Positions 23,683 through 36,178 of a stretch of DNA of 64,000 nucleotides are shown piece by piece. The notes below the pieces were generated by a model, which was given only the letters and a program-made list of their open reading frames with translations, was not told the origin of the DNA and made no database searches. Position 1 is the first letter of the stretch, and the number at the start of each line of letters is the position of its first letter. The position numbers were made by a program, and so were the translations under genes. Origin of the DNA: Fimicolochytrium jonesii (taxonomy: Eukaryota); contig NW_026515671.1 in NCBI RefSeq assembly GCF_025526975.1, forward strand, positions 62,001 through 126,000, given 5' to 3'.

Positions 23683-24820
23683 GCTGGGAGATGGGAGATG
23701 GACGATAAAGTACCCTGAGCGGCGTAGGGGTCATGATGTGTGGCTGCTCATTGGCCCTTGGTGGGCGCGCGAGACACCACCGATCCGCCGCGATGGCCAA
23801 ACCATCCAGGCGTGGAGCCAGCGAATGGCTGGGCGTGGCCGACAACTACAGGGCATGCGCTTGAACCCGGTTCCTGAACACGCGGGCATGAAGGGCCATC
23901 TCCCGCGACGCTGAAGCTTTCATGTCGAAGGCGCGGGCGAGTGGGGCACGGCGTATATTGGGGTATTCTAGATCTAGAACTTAGTGGAGGCACTGTAAGG
24001 ATCTCGTAATCACTCACACAGAAAAAGCGCCATATAGGATTGCCGTCCGCGAGTTAATCGTCTCAGTAACGTGAACGCGTAACTGGCGTCACTAACCCGC
24101 TAGGTACAGTACATACATAGTAGGTACATCCAAACGTTGTTCAAAGGAAAGAAGTGCATCTGCCGTGAGAGGATGGCTGCGACGGCAGCCCGAGAGATGT
24201 GAGGGTACAGTGCAACATCTGGACAAGTTTGGACACTCTTGTTCTGTTGAAATCTGGACGTCCCACGGCGGAAGACCCTTTCGTGCACTGCGCTTCGGAA
24301 GAGACCCTTGGACAGCGACGCCCGGAAAGAGTGGGTCATAACTGCCACCACCCTGAGCCAAATTCCTCGCCCACAGTCAGGTTTGGTCATCACACACAGG
24401 CCCGTAATCAAACAGAAGGAAGCAGCTCCCCGACGCCAAACCACATCTTCGGTCCCATTTGACCCTGTTCCTCTCACAGTCGCCCCATCCGCAAGCCCCC
24501 TGGCCCATTTGAACAGTCGTCTCCCCCACTTCCCCAGACGTCCCAAATTTGCACAAAATTGCATGACCCATAACCCGCCCTCACTCCATCTTCCTCTTGC
24601 ATCTCCTCCTTTTCTGTGAATTGATCTGATTCCAAGTCGAACGATGTGTACAAAAGGGACAAAAAGAGGCCACGTCGCTGCTGAACACAATCAGAGGTTG
24701 GTATTCTCATTCTGTACAAGCTGCGGAATAGCGCTGAGGGGTGTGTGGACGGCGGATATGGTGTGTGTGGGGGTAAAGAATAAAGTAGTGGGTGTGGTCG
24801 GAACACTGCTTTAGGGTTCT

Positions 24821-25832
24821 TTACTTGGCAGCGGCCTTCCTCAGCTTGGCGGCGGCCTTTCCGACCGTTGAGCGGCGCTGGAGAGGGTAAAATGGGATTA
24901 ATAAGTATATCCAGGCGCAATCTAATCAGAGACTGTAGGAATTCACAAAAACGCACCTGCTTGCGGGCAATCATCAGCTTGAAGCGGTCAAAGTCCGACG
25001 TCTCCGCGCGGGCCGTACGCCTGGCAATCTTCTGAGCCCAAGCGGTCTTGTTCCACTTGGCAACCAACTCCTGCTTCTCAATGGCAGCCTTGAGGGCGGG
25101 GGTACCGATGGTGCGAGGAATGGCGATCTTCAAGTCGGTCAGGGTGGCGCGCTTGAAGGAGACGACCTGGCGGGAGACGTCGGTCGTGGGTCCGTCGACG
25201 AGCACACGGGAGTGGTCCACAATGTCGACCACAACGGCCAACTTGCCGGCATCAGGGCCGTAAGTGAGAAGGACGACACGTCCAACTTCGACAAACCTGT
25301 TGAAAACCTATTTCGTCGGGATGGGAGGGAGGACGACAATGTTTAGCAAGCTGTCCGCAAAAACGAGGACACAGGAACGGTGGGTGATTCCGTCGCTCAT
25401 GCCAATTGTCGAATCCCAATGTCGTCCACCGTTGCGTTCCAAACCTCAAAAGCTTTCCGCCCGCCCCTGCGTTCCGAACCCTACGACCTTTGTCGCACCG
25501 ATGTCCTCGAATATGTGGCCCATCACTAAGCGTCGTTCCATGTTCCCAACGAACGGTAATCTCCAATGGATGTGTCGTAGAGTACCACTCAGTCCCGCGC
25601 ATGGTGGCCTCTCCCTCGCCGTCGTCCTGCTGACCTCTACCCATCTCATAGTCGAACTTCGAATGTCGATGTCTCCAACACCATGCCAATTTGCCATTTC
25701 GCCGTTCGCCCAACCATCCAACCCCATCCATCCGTCTCTTTCCATCATCCATCCATCCATCCATCCGCCCTCCACCAAACGGACATAGCTCCTCCCTGCG
25801 TGCGTGCTGTTGCTGCTCTCCGTGCGTACCAT
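24821..25832 (-). CDS. RPL14: 60S ribosomal protein L14 (eL14), 2 introns
   Basis: ATG, then intron 25829-25308, then [14 protein letters not shown]...[19 protein letters not shown]...SDFDRFKLM, intron, [22 protein letters not shown]. Confidence 0.95.
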
Positions 25833-27255
25833 CTTCGGTTATGTAGTTGGAGTTGCTGGGAAGTGGCCGACCAGATATAGCGATCTGATATGAGCGGTTT
25901 CGTAGGACCCCCAAGCCGATGGACGCAAAGCGCGATGTTGGATGGATGCTCGACTTTGCACAGCCACATGGAAATCGGCGAAAGAGGCGGCCTATTTAAA
26001 CGCCCTTTATTGTAAGACGGTAGGGCACGTGATTCTGGTGGACTTCACAAAGGCTTCAAGGTTTCAACGACGAACACCATGCCATCTCCGCAAGTTCATC
26101 GCGAGGTAAGAGGTGGTGAGCCTCGATCTCCCATTTTTGACGTTCTATGAGGTTCTTATCATGGTGGCCGTTAGGAACGAAGGTTACCGTCTGTCGAAAT
26201 GTTACAAATCGAAATCTGTTGACGCAACCAAGGAAATCATACTGAAGAACCCTCATGTCGAAAGTTGAGAGTGAAGACGGTCGCTTTTGAATGGAATGGG
26301 ATGCTAGGGGCTCGGAAAGGATTCAAAGCGCGGCGACACGCATCGGTGTCCTAAAGGATACGGGCAAGCTCACCGTCTCCGGGATGTGGTGGCAAAACTA
26401 CCCATCGACTCTCAACTGGGGACTGCTCTTTACCACGCTTCTGATAAGGTGGTGGGACGGCACATGTGCGATCTGGCGGCATTTCTGGAACAGCGCGCCT
26501 CAGTCCTGCATTGGGCGAAGGAACCGCTCGAGCGTGGTCAAGCGCTACACATGGGGCTCTAAAGAACGGAAACTGATCGACGAAACAAGCGACCACCTCC
26601 CACTCCTGAACGTGTTGGTCCAGTATAGGAAAGTCCCCGTCGCACACCGAGAGAAGTGGTACATCGACCGGTGGCACCGATCGGGGTACATCGACATGCC
26701 ATCACTGAAACTAGAAGATGTCGAACAGGACTGGACCTAGGTCAGGCAGGGCACAGTGACCCTCCAACGGGACGACGAGCCCGACGACCAAGTCGCCAAA
26801 GAAGCAAACGCTGGGGCAATAAGTTTGACAGCAAGCCCCTGTCCACGCTCATTCCGCGCACACTAGAACGCTTATCATACCACCAGAAGGCTCTCCGGGC
26901 GCCTGCGCCCGCGCCTTTTGTCGTCTGAGGTCCCGTGGTATAAATTACCCAAGAGGGGATTGTAGGATCGAAACCTACCAGAGGGATGGACATGTGCATA
27001 AGGCTCCTAAGATTACGAACAGCATCTTCGCCGCCCGAAGGGAGCGTGACGTGCCGCCACTCTGGCCTTCGTCGCGCAATCAACATGGATGCCAATCCTG
27101 AACAATTATACGGGACGGGTCGTCAAGACTTTTGTGCGTGATAATCTTCATGCGCGCAGTACCAGAGCTTCGGGGAGCTCGTTTGTGAGCTCAAACTCCG
27201 ATGGCACTTGATTCTTAAAGTGCGGCAAGCATACCCAGCCGGAAGCCGATAAAAG

Positions 27256-28386
27256 ATGGACACTTTACTTGATCGGTTGCACTCGACCCGCACAACGGTG
27301 GAACACGAACGACAACCCACCTTCTGGCCCGCAGAATGGCGTTGCGTAAGCGAGTATGTTAATGGCTGGTTTGGTCTCCAACTGTTCGGCGACATCCCGG
27401 GCCCGCCGAAGGTGTCTGCTCATTTCTTCCACGCTCCGGCCACCATCAAGGTCGAGATTCGCAATGAACAGATCAAAACTCGGTTTTGAAAGTGGCGGTC
27501 GATTAATCTGGTCTCCTTGACTGATTTACCGAAAGGAAAGCCCGACATCGTGGACCCAACGATCACACCGTACATGACGGAGCGTGCGACTGCCTCGAAG
27601 GAATTCTCAATGAAGCACGCCAATCTTTTGGGAGTGGCGACCACTACGTGTTCGACCAATAACCAAAGGCCGCAAACCAAAAGGAACAAGCACAACCACA
27701 ACGACAACTGCAACCGGAACCGGAGCCCAGAAGGGATCCTTGGCGATAACCATTCTATTATGGATCAGCTGGATCAAAACTGGACCGTCAACGATACAGC
27801 AGCCATGGGTATCGACGACAACACCGCGCCCATGGGTATCGAGCCGACCGTCGATGTCGAGGCGAACGAACCTCCGCCTCCAACCCCGACTTCTCCGACG
27901 CTGTCACCGAGATCGTTCATGCCGAGAAGGAATGTGTCCGCCGCGAAAGCATTCAGAAGAAACTCCTCCTCCGGCGTGGACACGTATGTGGGTGGCTGCA
28001 ATACACCAGATGGGTGTCCGAGGCAGCCCCTGTTGCGATGTGCTGCTTTGGGGTGTCACGGCGATGGCTGAGCAATAGGCGAGTTGGGACATGGCTTCTA
28101 TGACTTTGAAGTCGTCGGGTATGACCCTAATGCTCCTAAGCCGGAATGTGGTAAGAAAACGCCGGACATTTGGGAAGGCCGTGAAACTATGGTGTATGAC
28201 CGAGACCACAGAATCTACACCTCCCTAACGCATCACATCAAGCGTGTACATCTGCGACTACCCGAAACACGCCCATTAATCAAACCCGGAACGATTCCCT
28301 GCACGGAGGCGGACTGCGGAGACGCAGGTCAGATGCGGAGGTGCCGATACCGCTTCTCCAGCTGGAACGCTATGCGGGGAAATTGA
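27256..28386 (+). pseudogene. Disrupted zinc-finger-like protein
   Basis: Three listed ORFs (27256, 27517, 28084) share one frame, interrupted by TGA at 27487 and 28069 and ending at TGA 28384. RCAALGC...LTHHIKRVH and PCTEADC...CRYRFSSW are C2H2-like. Confidence 0.45.
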
Positions 28387-28406
28387 CGATGGGACAGTGA
28401 ATCAGC

Positions 28407-28472
28407 GACTTGAGGTGGTTGCGGGACTTCTAGTCTTACGGTCCAGGCGTCCCGCAACTACGTCAGGTCTAG
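28407..28472. repeat. Imperfect ~21-bp stem hairpin followed by CTAG
   Basis: Perfect core GTTGCGGGAC (28418-28427) pairs with GTCCCGCAAC (28449-28458) and extends outward with G-T pairs and one mismatch. Confidence 0.6.
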
Positions 28473-29325
28473 TATGCTGCTCGTAACCTTCTGACCGTGG
28501 AAGCGATACGCAGAAATGTACATGCCGTGTGATGGGACTATGGGCATTGCTCCGAGGTTGCTTGGACGTCGCCTGATGCACCCTTCATCATACTCTGCGA
28601 ATGACGGATATACATTTGTACGATTTCGGCTAGCACAGCAGATCCCCGAAGGCCGATATCTCCCGAACGTCGGTACCGTCCCTGGAAAGATGAACCGGAC
28701 GTTTGGGACTTGACGTCGTTGAATTCAGTGGCTTGGAGCAGCACGGGAACTGTGCACCTTGGCTGTGCGGTTGTTGACCAGATACGGTTGTGCGTCTTGG
28801 TTCAGCATTCCTCACCACGAACCTTATGCCTCGGCATATTTCATCGCGACCCTTGAGGAGTGGGCATCGGCAAAATCACAGATAACCAAGCGGTGGACGA
28901 AAGAGTAAGCGGTTGGGCCACTTATGGTGTAAAGTGGGTGGACATGTTCTCATTGCGACCGGTCTTCGCAAAGAACGACGAGATGTGTAGATACGACCCC
29001 TTCCATCACAATCGACCAACTCGATCCAACCCTAGATACAGCGATTTGCTTAATCTGCATGTTGCTTGCCTCGCGGGTAACATCCTCAAATGGCCGGCTT
29101 GTGTTTCGAGCTACTAGAACAAGTTGCAACACCAACCCTCAACAATCCAAACAACAAACCCTGAACAAACCCCCAACAATCCAAACATCTCCCCCAAACG
29201 ACATACCCCAAACAAAATTCACACAACAACATTCCCCAACAACAACAATCGGATGTCGGGTCAGGCGGAATTCTGGTTTGGCGGGAATTGAAGCGTTGAG
29301 GCTTTACTTGATGAAGTCAGGGAAA

Positions 29326-29420
29326 CGATGACAAGGAACGAGATCATATACGTCCTCCGCATGCGTTCTAGGTGCAAGATGTCGGATAGAGACGCCCGTA
29401 TTCCTCGTTCCTTGTCATCG
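29326..29420. repeat. Perfect 17-bp inverted repeat, 61-nt spacer
   Basis: CGATGACAAGGAACGAG (29326-29342) and CTCGTTCCTTGTCATCG (29404-29420). Confidence 0.9.
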
Positions 29421-29436
29421 GGGCGAGCACATCATG

Positions 29437-29991
29437 TTACATCACGGCGCCGTAACAGTCGACAACAGTGCGCTCGAATGTAGTCGCGAAACGACTCCGA
29501 ACCCCAACGACCGAGTAACTGAATGTGGCCAGCTGTGTCGCTCCACCAGCGCGAAAGGATGAAGTGCCCGCGTCGACGCCGATCGCGGCCATTAACAAAC
29601 CGCGTAGCCAGGATGGAGTAGCTTCCTCAGTTTCCGATATGAGCCAGAGTGGAGTGTTCGGAGGATGTCGTCGAGCACAGTGCCAGCTGAGGGCGGTTTC
29701 CAGAGCGCGCACGGGACAGAGATCGCCGGGCCTGGGAGAGAGATTGATGTGTTGGGTGAAAGAGGTACGTGTTTTTGGATTTTTGACGTGAATAGAATAG
29801 CCTTTTCCGCGAGTAGTGTATCGAGCTTCAACGTCTCGGAGGCGCATAGGGTTGTAGGGGCGGTTGTTGTCGTCGTCGTTTGCTGGTCCTACGAGCTGAT
29901 CCTTTTTTCCCAGGACGACCGAGAACCATCGTACGCTTTTTACGAGAACCATCGACCGAGAGCATCGCTTTGGTGTGTCCTTCTTTCTCAT
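29437..29991 (-). mobile_element. Degenerate tyrosine recombinase of a DIRS/Ngaro-type (YR) retrotransposon
   Basis: Motifs HVKNPKT, LCPVRAL and SSFRAGGAT (canonical HSFRxGGAT). After a frameshift, IQLLGRWGSESFRDYIR with the catalytic Tyr codon at 29480-29482. The N-terminal Arg motif is scrambled. Confidence 0.85.
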
Positions 29992-32497
29992 TGAACTAAG
30001 CGGTTGCCGTTCATTGGGAAGCTACGGCCGTAGGCAGGACGTTGTGGTGTGGTATATATTGTTCAGTGGTCACTGGCTTACCCAACACACCGTACTGTAG
30101 ACAGCATAGCTTTGCATTTTTGGGCATACCTAGCTTGTGGGTCCACCTCTCCACCGTACGTCGCCACGACCAGCATAGCGCCTTGCAAGCACCGTTTCCG
30201 TCAGGTTGACCTGGTTATCGAACTCCGACAACGGAACTGCATTTTCCCACGACCGCAAAGTCCGATTCGCATCTAACAAGCAGCGTGTGGTGGGTGGGGA
30301 GGGGATGCGCGTCCGTCAGGTCGCGGAGGAAGGCTCGTACCGGTCCCCTCCCGGTGCAGCCAATTTCGGGACGGGGTCGGGGGGCTTCACGACTCGAGTG
30401 AGGCTGGCGGTGGGGACATACTGGTTTGTCGCCATCCTGAAAAACATCCCCGATCGCTGTCTACTACGTACTCCTTCCGCTGTACTTCTGCAGATCCTTC
30501 TCGTCGCAAACGTCATCGCCGGAAGCAAGCAGTAGCAGCAGCAGCAGCAGCATCCACCACCGCATCCATGCCAAGCTACGGTCGGTCCCCTTCCCCGCCT
30601 CGTCGGCGCTCCCTCTCCCCTCGGCGTAATGATGGCGCTGCACCAGCGCGGCGTCGTTCTCCTCCGCAAACACCCCGCCGCCGCCTCGACCTTCTCGCCT
30701 CCTCACCTTCCATCCGTCCCCTCCCTCCTCGTCCACTCCACGACCCGGAGAGCCCGTTCTCAGCTCCCGGCCCCTCCCGCCCAGCCCCCCCCCCCCTCCC
30801 CCCCCTCCCCCCCCCCCCCCCGCCCCGACATCTCCCCCCTTGCCGACTTCCCACCCTCCCCAACGTCTCGGCCGCTCGCTCCACTCGTGCCCCCCGCCGA
30901 CCTGCCGACCCGAAGGATCCTCGACTTCGGCAACTACCGCTGTGTTCCTGGCCTCCCGTCGACAGTCATGACGAGGGCCGACACGTCGTCCCACGATCTG
31001 TTCACACAGAACTTGCCTCTCAGGGGACCTCTGCCCAGGACGGTCGTGGATGAAGGGGACCTGTTACGGTTCCGTGTGGTGGGTGGGGACGTCTTCCCAC
31101 TCAAGGGCTTACTTCCCACCATCATACGCTTTTCACTGCCAACCAATTGCCAAACTGCGAACCCGCAACGGTTACGCGTACGACTCCCCGGTTTCCGCTG
31201 CTCTCACGTCCCTCCTCATGGACAATGTCGAAACTTCTCCCGCTCCGACTGCCGTCCGGCGGCACAACTACGGCGGGTTACGAACGTGTTGGGAACATGG
31301 GAAGCAAATTCGCCATTGTCGCTTAATTTCGACGGTATCAACGATCGCAACACCTCTGCTGGTCACCGTCTTGTTTGCCAAGGCCACACGGAGGGCAATT
31401 TGCGAGTGGCCCTGGTGGGGGTCAACAGTTTTCTCGGCGTGCAGACGGGGGGAGGAGATGATGTACCGACCTCACGCGCCAAGCTGATCTGCAAGCAATG
31501 GATTCCGGTTTTGAAGCGGAAGCCTTACGAAACACGCTATCATCGAATGCATCCGACGCGCATCCGACGCGCATCCATATCCTACCTGATCATTTGCCCG
31601 AGTCCGTGAACGGGTATGTTCCGGCGATGGCCCCCGTACCAAGCGCCGCCCCGGGGACGCAAACCCGAAAGAGAACGTGAAACCGTTCATTAGTTGCGTA
31701 CTTGTGGATGACGCCTTGTTGAGGATCGCTCCCCCGTCCGCCACTGTCACGGGAGTTGCCTTAGCGCCCATTCCCGCTCTTGTCGCTCGCCCCATACGCC
31801 CCGCCGCAGTCGCCACCGTCCACTCCCTCGTCAACCGAAGAGGAGGACGAGAACTAGGACGAGGCCGCAACAACTACTACTGCACATCACCTGTCAACTC
31901 CAACCCCAACCACATACTCTGAACGGCATAACATCAGCAGAATAACAACCACCAAGCGATAACAACAACACCAACAACCAAGCATCAGCAGCAGCATGTC
32001 AACCGCAGAAGCTCAGCAAAGGCTGGAGAGGAAAGAGCCCAACATATTCAACGAGAAACCGCACACCCCAACCCACCGCGCACGGGCCAATCAGGCTGGG
32101 AAACCTTGCCAGCCTACGATCACAGGGATGAGTTATTGGCGCACCTGGTTGTGGTCCGAAGGAAACCTCGTAGCGGTAAGCATTTGTATCCTCTTTTAAA
32201 CGGGTACTATATTCTCATTTCATTCTTAGGTCAGAAACCGGAGACGATCAACCCACAGGGAATTGTGTGCATGTCCAGACTCATTACCCACGAGAGCCGC
32301 TACGGTGTTCGAGCTGCTGCCTTCCGATATTCTGCGAAGCCGTTTCACAAGGGAATCCCCCATCGACATCACTGCGAGTGAAGTTGATCAGTTGAAAAGT
32401 GATTTCCTAAGTGCTCCTGTCCCGTTCGTGACGGATGAAGATTGGAGAAACCATAGCGATCGCACAAGCCGTTTTGGGGCGGCCTTAGTTCATAAGT

Positions 32498-33364
32498 TTG
32501 ACAGAGTTTATGAAAAGCAGGGTTATGGGGTGCAGCCAACCCCGTGTGGTCGCGGCCATCGCAACAGCCAATCGAGTCGCAGAAGTGATGGACGTGACAG
32601 TCGGCCAGGAGGTGGGCTACAAGACGGACCCTGACACCGTTTACACCAAAGGCACCACCAAGCTTTGCTTCGCTACGGAGCAAATCCTCATCATCGAGGC
32701 CCAGAATGACCCACTCCTTTCGAAATATGCCGCAATCGCGGTTGACGAGGCCCATGTCCGCACCCTGCACGTGGACATGCGCACGACTACACTGAGACTC
32801 GCAATCGCTAAGCGCAAGGAGAGAGGAGACCCTCTCATCACCGTGATAATGAGCGCGACGATGCAGAGGGCACTGCACATGTTCAAAGACCATTTCTTCG
32901 GTGCAACGGTGGTTCGGATACGGCATGATCCCCACAATATTGCGACGCTGAATGATAACGAGGATCTAGATCTGTCGAAGAAAAAGATGGAGAAGGACTC
33001 CTATTACGCCGGGGCCTTTGCAAACGTTATCAGAATACTTAAGTTTGAAGATAACGGCCAGGAAGGCGAGCCTAGGCCACCGCAAGCTCTTCCTGGAGGA
33101 ATCCCCGTGTTCCTTCCTCGACGTGAGGACATTGACTGCATGGAGGCGGATATCGATAATTGGATGGAACACTCGGGCTACCCCGCTGAGAACGTGGCAC
33201 TTAGCAAGCTATACGCCGGGATGCCTACGGAAGTGCAGCAAAGGGTGATCGGAGCACAGCCTGGAAGGAGGAAGGTTGTCTTTGCGACGAACGTGGCGGA
33301 AGCCTCCCTCACAGTTGGGGGCATCAATCATGTGGTTGACTGCGGGAGAGACGTCGACAAATGA
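32498..33364 (+). pseudogene. Truncated, intronless DEAH-box (Prp22/Prp43-like) RNA helicase fragment
   Basis: Motifs Ia SQPRVVAA, GQEVGY, II VDEAH, III MSAT, IV VFLP and V ATNVAEASLTVGGINHVVDCG are present. No intact motif I (GKT) or VI (QRxGRAGR). TGA follows VDCG by six codons. Confidence 0.85.
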
Positions 33365-34037
33365 GCCATAAGAAATTGTACCGCACGACGACATTCAGAT
33401 TCATTTTGGACAGCCGTTATCTCGCCGACGAGAAGGTTGAGAGGGGCCGTTCGGTCGCCACGAATGGGGCTCAATAATGACAATCGCGGGAATGCAGGAG
33501 CCTTCGGGAGGCGGCCGTGCCCGGCCATGTGGTCTCTGCGACGGGATCAGGAATCTGTACACGGCGTCCGTTCGCGACGAGATCGATTTCCGGACGGAAA
33601 TCACACTGGAGTGTCCAAGTAGATGCTGGTTGCCGGGGCATTCCGAGGCATAAACTAACCTCGGCTACCAACCAATCTCTTCTCCGGTCCGCCGACAGGC
33701 GGTCGACCAGCAGGATCTCATCCTCGGCCCAATTGGATGAGATGCGGCGGTTGTACCACGGTTTGCAAAGTTTGTACCACGGTTTGAAAAGTGAGGTATC
33801 GAACCTAACGCATCGGACGGCGAAGCTGGAGAAGACCGCATTCAAGCACGAATACCGACGGCTTGCGACCAATTCGACATCGCCGTCATCAAGAAGGAGA
33901 ATGCGCGATTACGCTCGGTCTCGGAGAAGGTCAAGGGGACATCCGAACTCCCCCCCGCCCCCCCGCGAAAACGCCAGGCCTCGGTCCCCAAGCCCGAACC
34001 CTTTCACATGTAGAGACAATGTGGAATCAACCTGCCT

Positions 34038-34270
34038 GTGCCTGTCCGGGAGAAAAAGTGCGAACACTGCCTCTTTGTCTTCGCCACGCCAGCAGGCTTG
34101 ATTGAGCACCGACAAAAGGCTGCCGAGGATGTTACCCTTCGTCGGATGGCGTATGATATGCACATGGAGTTGGAGGCGGCTCGGACATTACTTCAAGCCG
34201 CGTGGGAGCGCAGCGGCGGTCGATACTTCTACTGTGATGTCGGGATCATCCTGGGCAATTCGTGCATGCC
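34038..34270 (+). pseudogene. C2H2 zinc-finger-like fragment
   Basis: KCEHCLFVFATPAGLIEHRQK fits Cx2C-x3-F-x5-L-x2-H but lacks the second His. The surrounding frames are broken. Confidence 0.35.
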
Positions 34271-35090
34271 CCAACACTCGCCCCACCACTCGCCCCAACA
34301 CTCACCGCGTCACCCCCCCCCCCCCCCCCCTCCCTTCGACCTGGCACCCGGCTGCCCAAAGGTTTCACGACATTGCTACTGCTTTGGTTCAGAGGCATGG
34401 AAGCGGTCAAGCCGCTGCTCCCGGAAAGCCAAAGCCGAGTCGCCCTAAACATACGGGCGGGAGCAGTGGACGTTCAAATGGCTTCCAAAGAGAGAGTCAA
34501 ACTTTGCTTGTCGTACGACAACCCACATCAGCAGATTGAAATGTCCTGCTGGCCATGCAATTCAGCGAAGGCCCGTCAGAGCGTCGAGAATTTTCGGGGG
34601 TACCTACGTGCCGCTGCCTTCTTTCAACTAGGAAGACCGAACTGGCAAGCCGTGTGCCGGCCCGCGCCGACTAGCGTTCCTTCCCCTATGCACTATACAT
34701 GTACAGTATCCTTCAATCTGACATTGTCACGAGATATTGCGGTCCACTCATATACCCGCCATAGCTTGCCCACCTGCATTATGCGAGTCATCGGTACGCA
34801 GCAGCTCGCCTTGCGAACAGTTGGCGTACGGTTAACTCCCACGCACGTCTAAGTCCCCAAGCGTACACCCGCACATATGGGGCACATCATCACAAAGACG
34901 CTGGCTTCAGCGATACGTGGTACGATTGCCACCGCGCGACCAAGGATCCCGGGTATACCACGTGGTGAATGTCCGGTAACGCGCGCGAGCGCATTATCGG
35001 GCTTCGTCTGGATTATATCTTTTTCAGCGACGTTTGGCGCCCCACTTCCGTTTATCCGACGCGAGTTACGTGCGAGGTGTTGGAGAACGG

Positions 35091-35288
35091 CCGGTGGTGT
35101 CGCTGCCTTCCTTTTCGCGAACGACGTCACAGCACACTTTGCACTATCGGTGAGGCAACACGGACGCATATGAACAGACAGGAATCACCATACAACAAAC
35201 CCATTAACACTGCGTCCGTGTTGCCTCACCGATAGTGCAAAGTGTGCTGTGACGTCGTTCGCGAAAAGGAAGGCAGCGACACCACCGG
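35091..35288. repeat. Perfect 78-bp inverted repeat (fold-back) with 42-nt loop
   Basis: 35091-35168 is the exact reverse complement of 35211-35288, checked base by base. Confidence 0.97.
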
Positions 35289-36178
35289 TCGATGATGCCC
35301 CTCCTTAACAAGCTTCGCAAAGCACCGTATGCGACCATGGATGCGACCGAGGCCACAAATTCCCGCACGCCATAGATAAAGCCGTCACCTACAGTCGTTC
35401 TTAACAAGCTTGGCGAACCATATTATGCCATCATGGTGGATGTGACGTTTCCGGCCTTAGCACGGGAATTTGAATGGATATCATTCATATGAAGGAGACG
35501 GGGATGGACCCTTTCTCGATGTTTACCGGGCGACGTCGGTCGAGTCACGTTCTGGTAGAGCTTCTCGCCACTGGAAGGACACGGACGCGAGGGCCTTTTT
35601 GAGGTCTACCCAGGTCCTATGAAAGCTACTGGAGCAGTGAGAAGACTGAACCACGGTCGTGTTGTTTTCCACCTTGACTGCCAGGGACGCATGTGCCGGG
35701 CAAGCCAGTCGCATCTCGATCACCACCACCAGCGCCGGCCTCCATCACCAGTGTCCTCCAACAGCGTCATGTGCCAGGATTGTGCGTGTGCAGCCCAATC
35801 TCAAGTCTGAGACTCAAGCTGCTCTACGCACGCGGGTTTTGCGACGGACTTGTGAGGCCCTTCGAGCATGGCGGAACGGAACACCTCGTCATCTCTCATC
35901 AGGCTCGTACCGGAGCTCTCTTGACTACCAGCTTGACTACAGTCAGCAAGGATAACCGACGAAAAAGGCACCGGTGAAGGTAGTTATCACCAACGCTCTT
36001 ATATCCCCCGGCCACCACCTGTGGCACCAATAGTCTTTCTCGAAAGGGAAGTGGCTTTATCAATTCCTGAACAGACGAGGTTTGCCCGTGGGTCTTTCGT
36101 GAGGCCTTAATCGGAACCAGAGCCATTCTCTTCCGTTTGGGCAGCTCAAAGTAATACATTCCCAGCTACTTGGCGAAG

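Noticed and set aside
28500..29120. Possible HNH/Crinkler-type nuclease relic (DLLNLHVACLAGNIL)
   Set aside because: Core HNH motifs were not recoverable; too degenerate to support.
30568..31609. Pro/Arg-rich ORFs around poly-C tracts
   Set aside because: Low-complexity sequence open in several frames, so no product can be assigned.
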